A DNA stretch of 64,000 bases from Polymyxa betae A26-41 (Eukaryota > Protista > Endomyxa: Phytomyxea), in assembly GCA_003693705.1 (NCBI GenBank), contig RBZT01000751.1, forward strand, positions 62,001 through 126,000, written 5' to 3'. Shown here in pieces: positions 36,601 through 49,164 of the stretch. The notes below the pieces were generated by a model that saw only the letters and a program-made list of their open reading frames with translations, searched no databases and was not told the DNA's origin. Position numbers and translations under genes: made by a program. Numbering within the stretch: the stretch's first letter is position 1; each line of letters opens with the position of its first letter.

Positions 36601-39571
36601 CGGCGTGGTGCAGCAATATTCGACCATGTCGACAGGCATCGCAGACAGATCACAGGCCTGCTTGTAGTGGCAGGCCTCACGAACAAACGCCACATTGCTG
36701 CTGGCGTTGATGATGTCAATGTAGCCGTGTTGGCAGACGATCTTCTCAGGGAATGACACGCTCGATGATGGGGCTATGCTCGGCATGGTGCAGCGGTACT
36801 GGACGAGATCGACAGGCATCGTAGCCAGATCACAGGCCTGTTTGTAGTGGCAGGTCTCACGAACAAACGCCAGATGGCTGCTGGCGTTGACAATGTCAAT
36901 GTAGCCGTACTGGCAGGTGATCTTCTCCGGGAACGACAGGTTGGCGCGCGGAGCGATCGTCAGGACCGGACCGGGCAGCGAACCAGGCCAGGTCAACGGC
37001 GCGGACATGTTGGAGACGTTGTGGGAATACAGCGATCGAACACGGGGAGCCGTCGTAGCCGAAACCGGGGCCACCGTTGATGTGTTAACAACAGGAGCAA
37101 AGGTTGGCGCCTCGGTCACGTTCTCAGGAGCCGAAGTTACGTTTACTGCAGCCAATGTGGTTTCGTTCACCGGCAACGAATGAGCTGGTGCTACAGACGA
37201 TGCATTGGTTGAAGGAGTCGGCACGCTGGTCAGCATCGTCGATGTGGCATTTGGAGCGACCGTGGTCGGGAACTCCAACGGGAACGAGCTTGCAGCATGA
37301 TGAGCGTACAATTTTGGTACTGTTGCTGAAAGTAAATAAGCCACGCGGGAAAGAAATCGAATACGGGAGTCACATACTAGGAGCTGCAGTGGCCGGGAAC
37401 TCCAGAGATGCTGAGTTGTTACCAGCGGAGTGGTGAGCGTACAAATTCGGCATCATGGCTGTGATCAAACCAAGTCAATCAGAAGGCCCAGAAAAAGGCA
37501 TCCCCATACTCGCAGGCGCAACTGTTGGGAATTCCAACGAAACGGAATTGCCGACAGCTGAGTGATGACCATAGATGTTCGGCACTACTGTCGGCACATG
37601 CGCTGAGAATCAAGAAGTTAATTGAAACAGTAAAAAAAAAATCAAAATACTGGCAGGTGCAACAGCGTACAAGTTTGGTGCTGTAGAAGAAACGAAAGTA
37701 AAACGCAAAACCCAGATTGTGACAAAAACGTAACTTACTCAATGACACATTCGCGACGGTCACGTTCGGTTTCGGTTGCTCAGTGACGTTGTGTTTGACA
37801 GCGAACTTCTTCTTTTTTGGGAAAGAAATTTCGCCGCGGTGGTGATGTCGGTTCTTGATCTCGATCGGGCGACGACTCGTCTTCACAGCAGGAGCTGTTG
37901 TCAAGTTGACGGGCGAAGCAGTAACATTGGCAACTATTAATGACAGAGTCAGAAGATGCCTCGAAAAAGATACTGTGAAAAACCGCCAGTAACTCAAAAT
38001 AGCAAAAACGCTCTAGCAGCGGTTAAAGCATGGAAAGGCTTTCTGAATCCGAAAACAGCGAGCAAATATTCAATAAAAGTTGTGGAAATTAAAAAGAAGA
38101 TCTTACCGCTGACTGAAGCGTTACTGACGGTCGGGAATTGAATCGGCGATGGGGCTCGAGTCGGGTACTCGAAAACAACCTCCTGAACGACCGGAATCGG
38201 GGCCGGTGCAGTGGTCGGTGCAGTTGTCAAAGGTTCGATGATCTCAGGCACCTCAATCATGTCCGTGTGGTCGGGCATGATGTACTGCGGCATCATGAGC
38301 GGAGCTTGAGGCATGAGAGGAGCCTGAGGCATGAGGAACTCAGGCACCATGACTTGAGGAGCAGGAGCCGAAGTTGCAGGAGCGGACGTCAGCTGGTTGG
38401 AATAAACATCCGGGAATGCTGGCCATTGGATGTTGTCCAACATATCGGACGAGGGCGCTGGGGTCTGACTGGATGGCGCCGGGGTGGCTGACGAGCTTGA
38501 AGGCGAGCTCGTAGCATTCGGCGATGACGTCGGCGCAGTCGATGGCGAACCTTGCGACGAAGGAGCGTTGGGCGGAGCGGCCGTCAGCTGAGTCGACGGT
38601 GATGGGCTGGAAGTGAAAGGCGCCGACGGTTCAGTGCTGGTGGCAGGGCTTCCAGAAGAAGGTGTTGACGATTCGGTGCTGCCGGCAGGACCAGTAGTCA
38701 TCATCGGCGCCATTGTAGCAGGCGAGTATGACGACGTCGTCGAAGGCATGGTAATGTATGGCATGCTTTGCGGCGACATTGTCGAAGGCGTGCTTGGAGC
38801 CTGGGTCATTGGCGACGGCGTAGCGGCACCATTTGCTGGTACATAGGCCGTCTGTCCGTTAGGCAAGATGCTGGGGACTAGAGGCTGGCCATTCGGTCCA
38901 ACAGGCATCATCGGCTGCCCATTCACCGACGGGAACATTCCCAGGAATCCGTTCGGTCCATAGACGGGGAGAAGCGGAGTCGTGGTCGGCGCTTCCGACG
39001 TCGGCGCCGTCGTGGTCGGAGACGGCGTCGCTGGACTCGTAGTCGACGCCTCGGAGGCGCTCGCTCCTGGCACAGGAGTGGTAATGACAACTTGCGCAAC
39101 AGAAGTGAGCTTGGATTCGGGCGATGGAGTTACATCTTCCTCCTCTTCTTCTGGGGCCGTGGGGTGGTGCTTAGGCTTCTTGGCCTTCTTGTGTTTAGAG
39201 TGGTGTTTCTTCTTGGGTTTTCGCTCGTGATCGTACAGGCCCGCGGACGGTTCGACCTCGGTTCCATACAATCCCTGGTCGCCGTTTCGCAGGCTGTACG
39301 GCTGCGGGTCGGCGAAATGGAATTCAGGGGGATTCTGGAATTCGGGCGCCAGCGTCGCCAACGGTGGCAATATTGCAGGGGTTGGCGCTGGGGTTGGCGC
39401 CGGGGTCGGGGCCGGGGTGGGTGCTGGGGTAGGCGCTGGGGTTGGCTTCTCACCATAGACCGGGAGAATCATGGGAACCTCGTTCTTCGCCTGAGCACCT
39501 TCTGGGCGTTGAGCTTCGCCACCAAGCGCGAGCACGCAGATGGCGACAAAGTGGATTAAATAGAAACGCAT
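33664..39571 (-). CDS. ~1831-aa secreted, predicted GPI-anchored mucin-like protein with a SUEL (Gal/rhamnose lectin) domain; 5 exons 39571-38107, 37933-37739, 37602-37510, 37458-37378, 37325-33664
   Basis: signal peptide MRFYLIHFVAICVLALGGEA; GT-AG joins keep the frame (all phase 1); SUEL motif LGCDDG..SFGRPHGSC..C..KCLGKASC..FGSPC..INYAC; hydrophobic C-terminus after NSASSSS. Confidence 0.85.
34560..34700 (-). repeat. coding 36-bp tandem repeat (about KMTTVDVNEQAP x4)
   Basis: repeated CCTGCTCGTTAAxxTCAACAG core on the + strand. Confidence 0.85.
35790..36935 (-). repeat. coding repeats: three 180-bp Cys-rich units plus a fourth separated copy, flanking ~8 copies of a 42-bp (14-aa) N(G/A)STVAPATTxPxS unit
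   Basis: direct periodicity visible in both DNA and translation. Confidence 0.9.
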
Positions 39572-40380
39572 GACGGTTTGGCGGTGTGTTGTTTAAATTA
39601 CAGAACGATTAAGTTATGCCCTCGTGCTGGGTCGCGATTGATCAGTTGGCTCATCTAGCGTGACTCAAACAGAAGGGTCAAGGGTCAAGAGGAGGCAGGC
39701 CGATGCAAACCAAGTGAGTCATGCGAACCGATTATTATCACCGAAAGAACAACAAAATGTCATTCAAATGAACACCATTACAATTTCGATAATAACCGAA
39801 AAGCATAAAACGATATACAAGCTGAGCAATGATAGACTTGTACTGAGGCACCGAAACCAATGCTCCAACATTTGACGTCTGGGTTGACATGACAGCTGCC
39901 TTTTGACAACGTTTAACGAAAAACGTCAATCTCCAACTGCCTTCAAACGCCGATTGTTGATATCGATTATGTTCAGCGGAATGATGGAAGATTGTGGGGA
40001 AGGCAGCTAGATGACAAGGACAGCAGAAAAGTTTCCCAGTAACACTTGATGCGAGTGGAAGACGTTTCTAGATGTCATTAAATACTGCAAATAAGCATGT
40101 TCCACGAAAAAAATACCCTGATTGTACACAGGGCCAGAACGAAGATCGGGGCCGATGTTTCATCAACACATAGGGTTGGAATATTCGAACCCAACTAATC
40201 CAGATCCAAGCTCAATCCGTGACCTGTTTTGCCTCTACTGACATGTCGCTCAGCAGGACCATTTAAGTCGAAACGGTATCCAAAGAGAAGAGTCGAATGA
40301 AAGATCGCAACTTTTTAGGTAACATATTCTCATACTGGATCAGTCACAATAAGGGCGTTAAGGGTTCAGAGAAGAAGCCC

Positions 40381-41877
40381 ATGACAGAACACTGCCGATT
40401 CTGGGTCGTCGCTGTCCCGACTGTCGGCGGCTCCGTCGCCAGAACTCTGGCGACTTTGGCATCGGCGACTGCAACTTTAGGTTTAAGCGTGAATAATGAG
40501 CTTCGGGTGCCCAGACTGCAAGTTGGCACGCTTGACACGCTCATGGGCTTAAGCGATGCTATTGCCAAGGTCGATGAACAAGCCGAGGGCATCGTCAAAA
40601 AAGTCGCGAGACAGTATCTGGATACGATTGAGGAGCGAAGCGAAAAAAAATTATCGCAACGTTCCGAGACCGCTTTGTTTGTTGACAATGGTGTGCATTT
40701 TTGCACAAGTGATCAACCTTTCTAAGCTCGGTGCAGATAGCCCAGCTTCTTATGTCCGAAAATTCACCTGGGATAGAGCTAGATATTCGTTATCGGCGCC
40801 GCTCGACTCATTAACGGAGACGATCGGCAGCATCTGCGTCAAATATGGCGAAGATTTACGAATGCTGAGCCATAAATATACCGAAACCAAGTCGAACCTG
40901 GCTGCGTTGAATAGAAAAGAAAGGTATGCGCTCTAATGGTAATGTACTCGTTATGCCGATTGGTATCTTCAGCGGAAGCTTGTTGGTCCGGCCGCTGTCT
41001 TTAGTAGTCGGCCCAAAGGACATGGTGGAAGGTGACTATCTCGAAAGCATCATTGTTGTTGTTCCGATCGCTAGAGAGAAGGAATGGCTTTCAACATACG
41101 AGAAACTCGAGAATGAATACGTCCCGCCAGAGGATGTAGTTGAAGCGAATCCTTTCACAACGCATTTCGTAAAATGTAGAGCAGTATGATCTTTTTGGCA
41201 CCTTTGTTATTTGATTTTTAGTTCATTTTAGGTGGTTCCGGGCTCTTCATTAGAGTTGCATCGTGATCAAGAATATATAGCGTATAGAGTGGTTCTTATC
41301 AAGAAGTACAGTCATATGTTCAAAGAGCCTGCCAAACTTAAACGGTTCACTTGCCGCGAATATCATTATGACAAAGCTGAAGTACACCATTTAATTTGAT
41401 GGTTAACGAACGCTTACATACCCTATTAGGTTGCAAATACAGCAGCTGCGAAATTGCAATTGCAGAAAGAGGTTGACTATCTTTGGAGGAATTTGGTCAA
41501 GTGGTGTGCCACAGCCTATTCTGAAGTATTTAAGGCTTGGATCCATATCAAGGTGAAATATGTTGCCAGAGTAAACGCTCTCGGCTGATGTCGATTTGTA
41601 GGTCATTCGGGTTTTCATTGAATCAGTTTTGCGATTCGGTCTTCCGATCGATTTTGCAGCGGCTACTCTGGAAGTGAAGCCCGACAAAGAAGAGGCGTGA
41701 GTTCGTCTGATTCTGTCTTCTCTGGGTTTCTTATATTCCGTTAGGCTGAGATCTGCCTTGTTGAAGCTGTATTCCAATCTCGCCGGAGCCAGCATGACCC
41801 AAGCAACCGACGAGATTGATTACAGTGGAGTCGGGGCTGACTTCTATCCTTATGTGTTTTTAAAAATTGATGTCTAG
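40381..41877 (+). CDS. VMA5: V-type H+-ATPase subunit C, multi-exon
   Basis: LQVGTLDTLMGLSD, FTWDRARY, GSLLVRPL, VVPGSS, AWIHIK|VIRVFIESVLRFGLP, YPYV. Confidence 0.95.
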
Positions 41878-41939
41878 ATATCTCCCTTAACTAGAAAAAT
41901 GTTCTAATATATGCAAATCGATACATTTGTAAATAACAT

Positions 41940-43623
41940 CACTTCATCTTTGCCTCAGTAAATATGACATGCTTGCGAACAACTGGGTCATATTTTCGAA
42001 CCATCAGTTTGGTTGGAGAGTTTCGAGGATTTCTTCGCATCGTATAAAAGAATCTGTCAACACAACACATATGATCAACTGGAATTGTAACCCCGACTGG
42101 ACGAACCCTGTTTTCGCGGTAGAGATGAGACGAATCAGAACGGACCGGGTTGTTGACTGTATAAGCATTAGTTCATCGACGCCAGTTGACAGACGAATCC
42201 ATTACCTTCACCATGATCGTCAAAGGGTTCAATTCGTCCCAATCACTACAGCCAGCAACTCACTCAGCGCAATGCGAAACACCCTGCCCAAAAACTTATC
42301 CTGAGAACCCTCAGCTGTGGTCCTCATAGAGATTCAAAGCATTTCAGGATATCAAGTGAATATATTCCAGACATTGGCATGAAAAGGATTTTTATTAACT
42401 GTAGCTAGATCGGTACAGTTCGATTTCAACCAAATAGCCTCCTGAACAGCGTGGTTGGATGTTCCAGGTAGAATCCAATCACCAATGATATGATGCGTGT
42501 TGTAATTTTATCTAGAAAGTAAGGGCTCTCCAATCAAAACGCTCTGAGGCCGCAGAAGAACTGAAAGGGCAGCCTGACGAAAAAAAGGTTAAAAGGCGGC
42601 ATCGAAATATTTCCCCTCATTGTTTTTTCAGAAAGGACTAATTCGAGCAATTAAAACTCTGCGTTCGTTTAGAACAGAATCAAGCTATGAACAAAAGTCG
42701 GAAGATGTAGAAGGTGTATCGCAACAGGTTTCATCTGGTGAATCCAAAGTTTTTTTCAAAGATTTACCCATTTGCGGTAATGATGATATTCTCGTAAAGA
42801 ACTTCACTAATAGACAATAGCGCCACAGTTTTGCACAGAGAAGTATATGGCAGAAGTTCATGGTGTAAATGTTCCACCTCGTAGGCGTTCTTCGGTCACC
42901 ATAGTAGAGAGCGATGTTGAAAGTGACACTGAAGATCTGGACTAAATTCTGGAATACTGAATTCTTCTAAGACGACACGTATTGAGGCTTCTTGATCTAA
43001 ACAGGAGTATGCAGTTTATAAACGAGCAAACAATAAATATACGAGACATTAGATGGTGAGGCTTTGGTAAGCTTGTTGGGAGCTCGGTACAATGATCTTC
43101 CTTCGACCGATTATGCCCAGTGATATGAGTTCAAGGATGCTGATTGTGATACCAGATGCAGATACGACCGAATCCAGAGAGTTGGTCGACAAAATTCCAA
43201 TGGAAAGTGCACATATCGCAATAGCAATCCATGTAGTTACCTTTCGAGCTGGTCGCAGTTCGTATAGAAACAGACCGGCAACGAAAACCGAGATTGCCCG
43301 AGCGAAGCCGAGAAGCTAAACCACATTTACAAACATGGAAAATATGCAGAGATCCAGCATACCAATTTGTGAAATGAATTCGTTTTGACGAACGAAAGCA
43401 AGATTATCGACATAGTAATGTCAGCTATGGCGAGAATTTGAGGGAGTACCGAGACCACGTAGGCGGCGACTATGACCATGATAAACTGCAGATGGACCCA
43501 TACTCGAACAGCGGTCGCCTTGAATCCATCGAACGGCCTCTTCGATTGAGATGGCAATATTAAAGTGAAGCCCTCGCTGGGAGCCGATTTCGGTCCCGAC
43601 GGAAACAGAGCCGTCTCCTCCAT
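41940..43623 (-). CDS. hypothetical multi-pass membrane protein, multi-exon; 3' end uncertain
   Basis: successive hydrophobic exons ([18 protein letters not shown]; [14 protein letters not shown]) separated by GT-AG introns. Confidence 0.45.
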
Positions 43624-44093
43624 CGCAAAGAGAGGACACGCAGTTAACTACTAAATTGCGGCTCAGCCGACCCTTCGCTTATGCGATTATTATGACCTGG
43701 CAGACCTCTTACAGCAGGCGAATACGGGCTGGCAGTCAATAATAATCGACCCAAAAGAATAATGTCTAATCGTGAAACGATTCAGCATTGCGGCCCGGAA
43801 GATCGATGACTCATTAGCGATAGAATCCAGAACCTAAAATGATGTTCCCATCGCTTGTTCCTTTCCGGCATTCGTATTCTGGAATATTTTCAATGCTTTA
43901 CATTAAAAGAATCTTGATGCTTGTATACCGTAATGGAATCGCTAACAGGAATCCCACCATATCGTGGGTAGACGTGACCAAATACAGCATGATGAAACGT
44001 ATCGTGGGCTGCAGCGCTCTGGACCCGCGGCCGCTGTCTGATGCTTTCTCTTTGATGCATTTCTGTCTGTCAGTATTCACATTTCGTTAGGCG

Positions 44094-45959
44094 ATGGAAG
44101 CGCCGCTGCCGCTTCCCAACGCCCAGTTACTACCGGCCGAATCAGAGTCGATTCGAAAAGCTCTCGGAGAAACAGCATCTGTTCGTTGCTATTTTGAGGA
44201 TGGCTGAGAGACGCTGAATGCTTTTACAGCCATTGTGCTTTGGGATTTGCCGAATTCTGCTGTCGACCAGTATCGTTCAAGGATGGCAGGAGACGAATCA
44301 GTGGGGTGCTTCTTGTTTAGTCATGGATCGAGCTAGGTTAGAACACAAAGTCTCATATAGAACTGTAATAAGATCCCTTAGGAATACAAAAATACTTCGA
44401 GTTTACGACCTTCAGGTGCAGTAGGATTTGGAATCAGTTTACAAGCAGGAATATTTATTGTATCTATCTGCGTTTACAGACTAAAGATATAATTTTTGAC
44501 GAAGAGTTATATATTGGAATGCAATATGTCGCTATGCGAAAGCACTTCCACGCGTTCGAAGCTCAGGGTGCTATTGTGGGCTTTGATTTCACCAATGAGG
44601 AAGATGCCTGCAATTTTCATAGTCGAGGTCTGAATCGGTCTGCTGCCCGCTGATTAGCTGACTTCATTATTCTTTAGTAACCTCGATGATACCCACAGCG
44701 ACACAACTACCGTCGCCTTCAGCTGCGTCTTCGTCGTCTGGAGGTTTACTAGATAAGGTTAAGGGCATGTTTTCGAAAAAGGAAAAGGAAATGCAGATTG
44801 GCACTCCGTCGAACGTAGTCCACAAGCATCATATTGGTATCGACCCGGAAAAAGGTGGGCGTTGATTTTCTCTCCTTAGCGTCACCCATTTTGAATTTTT
44901 CAGGGTTTGAAATAAAGAATATTCCGGATGAATGGAAGGCTCTTTTCAAGGCCAGCGGTGTAAGGCCTTCCGATTTGAAAGATATGCAAACCGCCAGTCT
45001 TCTTTTCAATACAATCAGGTGCATTCACATCGTGCCTGCAACTACTGTTTTTTTATAATATCTTTCAGCTCACATTACCGCTCAGCGACTGACAGCTCAC
45101 AAAGACCGGCTATCAATCCTCAAACCACTTTCGTCGATCCTAACGTCAGGCCTCCGCCGCCATCTGTTTTAGGAGCGCCACCACCTCCACCGCATCAGCA
45201 ACCCGGATTTAATCCAGCGCCGCCTTTACCTCAAGCTCCATCGCCTTCAGATCCAAATCAGCCAGTTCGGAGAACAAGACGCGCTCCAGTACGTGGTCCA
45301 CCTCCTCAACCTCCAGGTTGGCATCACACTTACGTTGAAAGTTTTTGAAAAGATCACTAAATATCATACCCTCAGGTCCACCTCCGGATCGTTCCGTTAG
45401 GCCTCCACCACCACCGCCCCCATCACGCCGACCTCCTCCGCCACGAGTTCAGACCGACTTTGAAGAACCAGAGCCTGCCTACATTGAAAGCTACGACAAC
45501 CAGTACAATGGGGACATCTATGGACAGCAACCATTTTATGAAGATACGGCTAGGTAGCTGACAGTAGCAACTGCAGATCTGATTGGGATTTTTAACACCA
45601 TTATTAGCGACTTGGGAGCACCTCCTCCTCCTCCCCCTCCTCCTCCGGCATTGAAAATCCCAAGCCCGCTTTCTATCGAAGTCCCTTCAACACCGTCATT
45701 TAAGCGGTCAACAACACCAACTCCAAATTCGCGGGCGGATCTGCTAAGTCAGATCCAAGCTGGAAAGGCGTTGCGACCGGTGTCTTCACCAACAAACAAC
45801 AATAACAACAAAACAGTGAACCAAGCACTACCAGATTTATCAAGTATGCGAGATAGTGACAAACTAGACATGATTAGTCACATCAAGACGTTGCTCGATG
45901 CCAGAAGGGATCACATTGAACATAAAGATGATTCAGACGATGATGATGATTGGGATTAA
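44094..45959 (+). CDS. WASP: WASP-family actin nucleation-promoting factor
   Basis: WH1 (FDEELYIGMQY..HFHAFE..GFDF), CRIB (IGTPSNVVHKHHIG), poly-Pro, WH2 (RADLLSQIQAGKALRPV), acidic DDDDDWD end. Confidence 0.93.
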
Positions 45960-46856
45960 TGAGCTCTAAATTGCTTGCTCCCAGCAGAAAGTTTTCGCTG
46001 CATATTAAATCGAAAAGGAACGATAATTTCGAGCCCTAAACGCTTGCGATCCCCGAAATTGGTTGCTGATTAGTAGTCATGCTAATGTTCTTACTGTAGT
46101 TCATAAACCGGTGACTGGTTTTAGCAGTCATCTTTGCATGCTTTCGCAAAAAATTTGACCACCTTGCGCAAGCCGCAATCAGCAATTGGTATTACCAAAT
46201 CGACAACTCTATGTCGTGTCATAAAAATGTGTTGTGAAGGCCTTTTGACTTCTGCATAAATGTCGAGCGCATAGGAACGCTACATCTGAGGGTATGCTTT
46301 GCCAATAGCGATTGTAAGAGTAGCATAGAAGGTAGCGACGAGAAAAATATCCCTGCCAAAATCTGACAATCTAAAATGAGAGCGGATAAGCCGAGATGAC
46401 ATTTGAGACTCCTTAAGGGGCTATGGAGAATTTTCAAAACGTCACACTGTTGATGACGAAGCGTCAGGTTCCACATAAAAGTCGGGCTATGAGTTGGTAA
46501 AGTAAGAGCAGTTGCGTTCCGTTGTCCAGCAAGACTCAAACGAAAAGATACTTCCGTTTTGTTCGCTGTCATGTGTCATTACTGTTGTCAACATTGCGAG
46601 AGGAACATAATAATACGATAGGGTCAGCAGTCCGATCACGGACGCAGAGATGCTTATCAAGTTATCCGCTTCCACAGTGGACTGTGGACGAATCTAAAAA
46701 TACACTTTGATTGGGTTCGGTTCGGCATTTGGGCTGAGAAGGCAATCGATTCGTTGTTATTCCCATAAGATCGTGTGGCTTCGCTAAGCTGCAGTTCCGG
46801 TATTGTTTGGTCCTACAGAATAACTCTTGGAATACTGATTGCCTGTATGATCAGTA

Positions 46857-47780
46857 TGGGTCCAATGAACGACCCTGTTTCAGCTCCCAGTAATAACGGC
46901 CGAGCTCCTATGATCATCGGTATTGCAGGAGGGACTGGCTCTGGCAAGACAACGCTGGCAAAGTACTTGGCATTGCGAGCGCCTTCGGATGCCATTCAAT
47001 TTGTTCTAGAGCAATTGTGAGCGCCATCAATTCCCCCGGAAAGGTCCAAATCTTATCAACTGATCATTTCTATAAGCCTCTCACAAAGGAGCAGGTATTT
47101 TGCCAGTTGCCTTCTGTTTTCTTTTTTGATCATATCTTTAGCATGAACGAGTGGAGGAATACAGTTTCGATCATCCATCTTCGATAGACTGGGATTGGGT
47201 GGCTAAAAGTTTGCAAGATTTGGTATCTGGTAATGATACAGTGATTCCAGAATGTATGTTGAGCATTTTGATTGTACTCCATGCTCTAAATCATAATCTC
47301 AGACGACTTTGTCACTCATACGAGGCCGAGATCGGATGTCATCTTCACAAGAAGCGATGTCATCATAGTGGAAGGAATCCTGCTTTTTTATGAGCAAAGA
47401 ATCCGCGATCTTTGCAACGTCAAAGTTTTCATGCGAGTCGATGAGGATATTAGGTTGGCACGTAGATGTATGACACCTTGAAGTGCACAACTTTTGGCTG
47501 AAGTGAATTAGTGAAACGAGACGTTGCTGAACGTGGACGAACTGTCGAATCGGTCTTAGCTCAGTATATGCGATCTGTCAAGCCAGCGTTCACCCATTTC
47601 ATTGCACCTACAGAAGAATACGCTGATATCATGTAATGGCAAAACCGATTGGGCTCTCATTTCATTAAACAATTTCGTAGAATTCCTGATAGGATTTCAC
47701 ATTCCGTGCCAGTTAGCTTGCTAGTTCACTCGATTCGTGCTCATTTACAAGCTATCGATCGGCATAACCATTCAGAGTGA
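46857..47780 (+). CDS. uridine/cytidine kinase, multi-exon
   Basis: IIGIAGGTGSGKTTLA P-loop, DHFYK, FDHPSSIDW, VIIVEGIL, RDVAERGR, IAPTEEYADI. Confidence 0.93.
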
Positions 47781-47855
47781 ATTCATTATATAATCGTGTT
47801 GCATACTAAATGTCGAAATTATCACCATTGAGTTTTTTAATTAGACAATGTACAT

Positions 47856-48979
47856 TCAATGTTGTGGCTTGAGAGGATGTGCTGGCCCTTCTGGTGTCAC
47901 ATATGCAGCCGTTAGCCCACCATCCACTAAAAATTCAGTCCCGGTAACAAAGCTAGCTTCATCGCTAGCTAGGAACAAGGCTCCAGCAGCCATTTCATAC
48001 GATTCTCCGAATCGACCCATTGGAACTAACAGGAACTTCAGAAATCTTGACCGATACAAAAAAAAGACATGAACCAACCATGGACCAGGCGACGCTGCTT
48101 TTTCTCTTCAGTGTCGAGGAATTTCATAAGAAGATCAGTTCGGACAGGTCCAGGGCACAAAGCGTTTACACGAATTCCCTATCATGCAAGGTCAATGTCT
48201 TTAACATCGTTTTACCAACCCGTACTTCTCGTGCATGAATGACAGCTAATTCACGAGTCATCGCCAGAACGGCACCTTTCGAGCTTGTATAAGCCAGTTG
48301 AGGAGTAGCAGCGCCAAGCAGGGAGACGAAGCTTGCTGTGTTAATGATAGAGCCTCCTCCAGCACGGCGCATCGCTGGGATTCCTTCAAGCAAAATTTGA
48401 GAATCGCTCGTTCTGAACAAACCTGTGTTCTCTACCGTATTTGCAACCATAGAAGACACCTATCAGGCAATGGTAAGCCACATTAAAACAAAGAGATTGA
48501 TCTGCTTGCCTTTCACATTGATTGCGAAAGTTTTATCCCAAGTTTCATCACTGGTCGTTTCGGCATTATCATCGTCTGGGAGCATGACGCCTGCGTTATT
48601 GAAAAGAATGTCTAAAGTACCGAATTCAACCTCGGCGGTTTCAACCATCTGTTCGTTCTGTCAATAGAACTCAACAACTGCATCGAACAATGTTTACTTT
48701 CTGACAATCCTCTTGCTTGGAAACATCCGCAACGAATGTAACAGAGGCAGAACTGGGGTACGACTCGGAAACCATTCGTTTGGTTTCTTCAGCGGCGCTC
48801 TGATTGAAGTCGGCAATGACCAAGCTGGCGCCTTCCCGAGCGAACAGCAAACAAGTCTGGCGACCGATTCCACCACCAGCTCCGGTGACAACAGCGACTT
48901 TTCCTTCCAGCCTAGGTCGAATGCCAGCCTTGGTAGACAACACCCTTACGTAGGCATTTTTGACGAATCGATTCAACAT
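47856..48979 (-). CDS. short-chain dehydrogenase/reductase with a possible mitochondrial presequence, multi-exon
   Basis: VVTGAGGGIG, LFNNAG, NTAS, YTSSK catalytic motif, VDGG. Confidence 0.93.
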
Positions 48980-49164
48980 GATGCTTTCAAACGACAACGA
49001 GTGAAGAATCAGGGCGCGGCCTGCCTCAAATCGATTGCAGTTCACAAAACCCTACGTAACGTAACCATCTCAGGTCTCCTACATTGTGTATGAGCAAGTT
49101 CCGGTTCAAAGGTGTATTGCTTTATACCTCGAGACACTATTTATGTGTCATCCGTTGAGTCAAC

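Noticed and set aside
33940-39559. Many + strand ORFs (e.g. 35927-36487, 38138-38491, 39092-39559)
   Set aside because: Antisense shadows of the GC-rich, repetitive minus-strand gene
37479-39571. Treating ORFs 37994-39571 and 37479-37997 as separate genes with hydrophobic tails
   Set aside because: The tails are intron read-through; phase-1 GT-AG junctions join them to 33664-37325
46219-46710. Short ORFs between WASP and uridine kinase
   Set aside because: Non-ATG starts, no recognisable motif and no consistent exon chain
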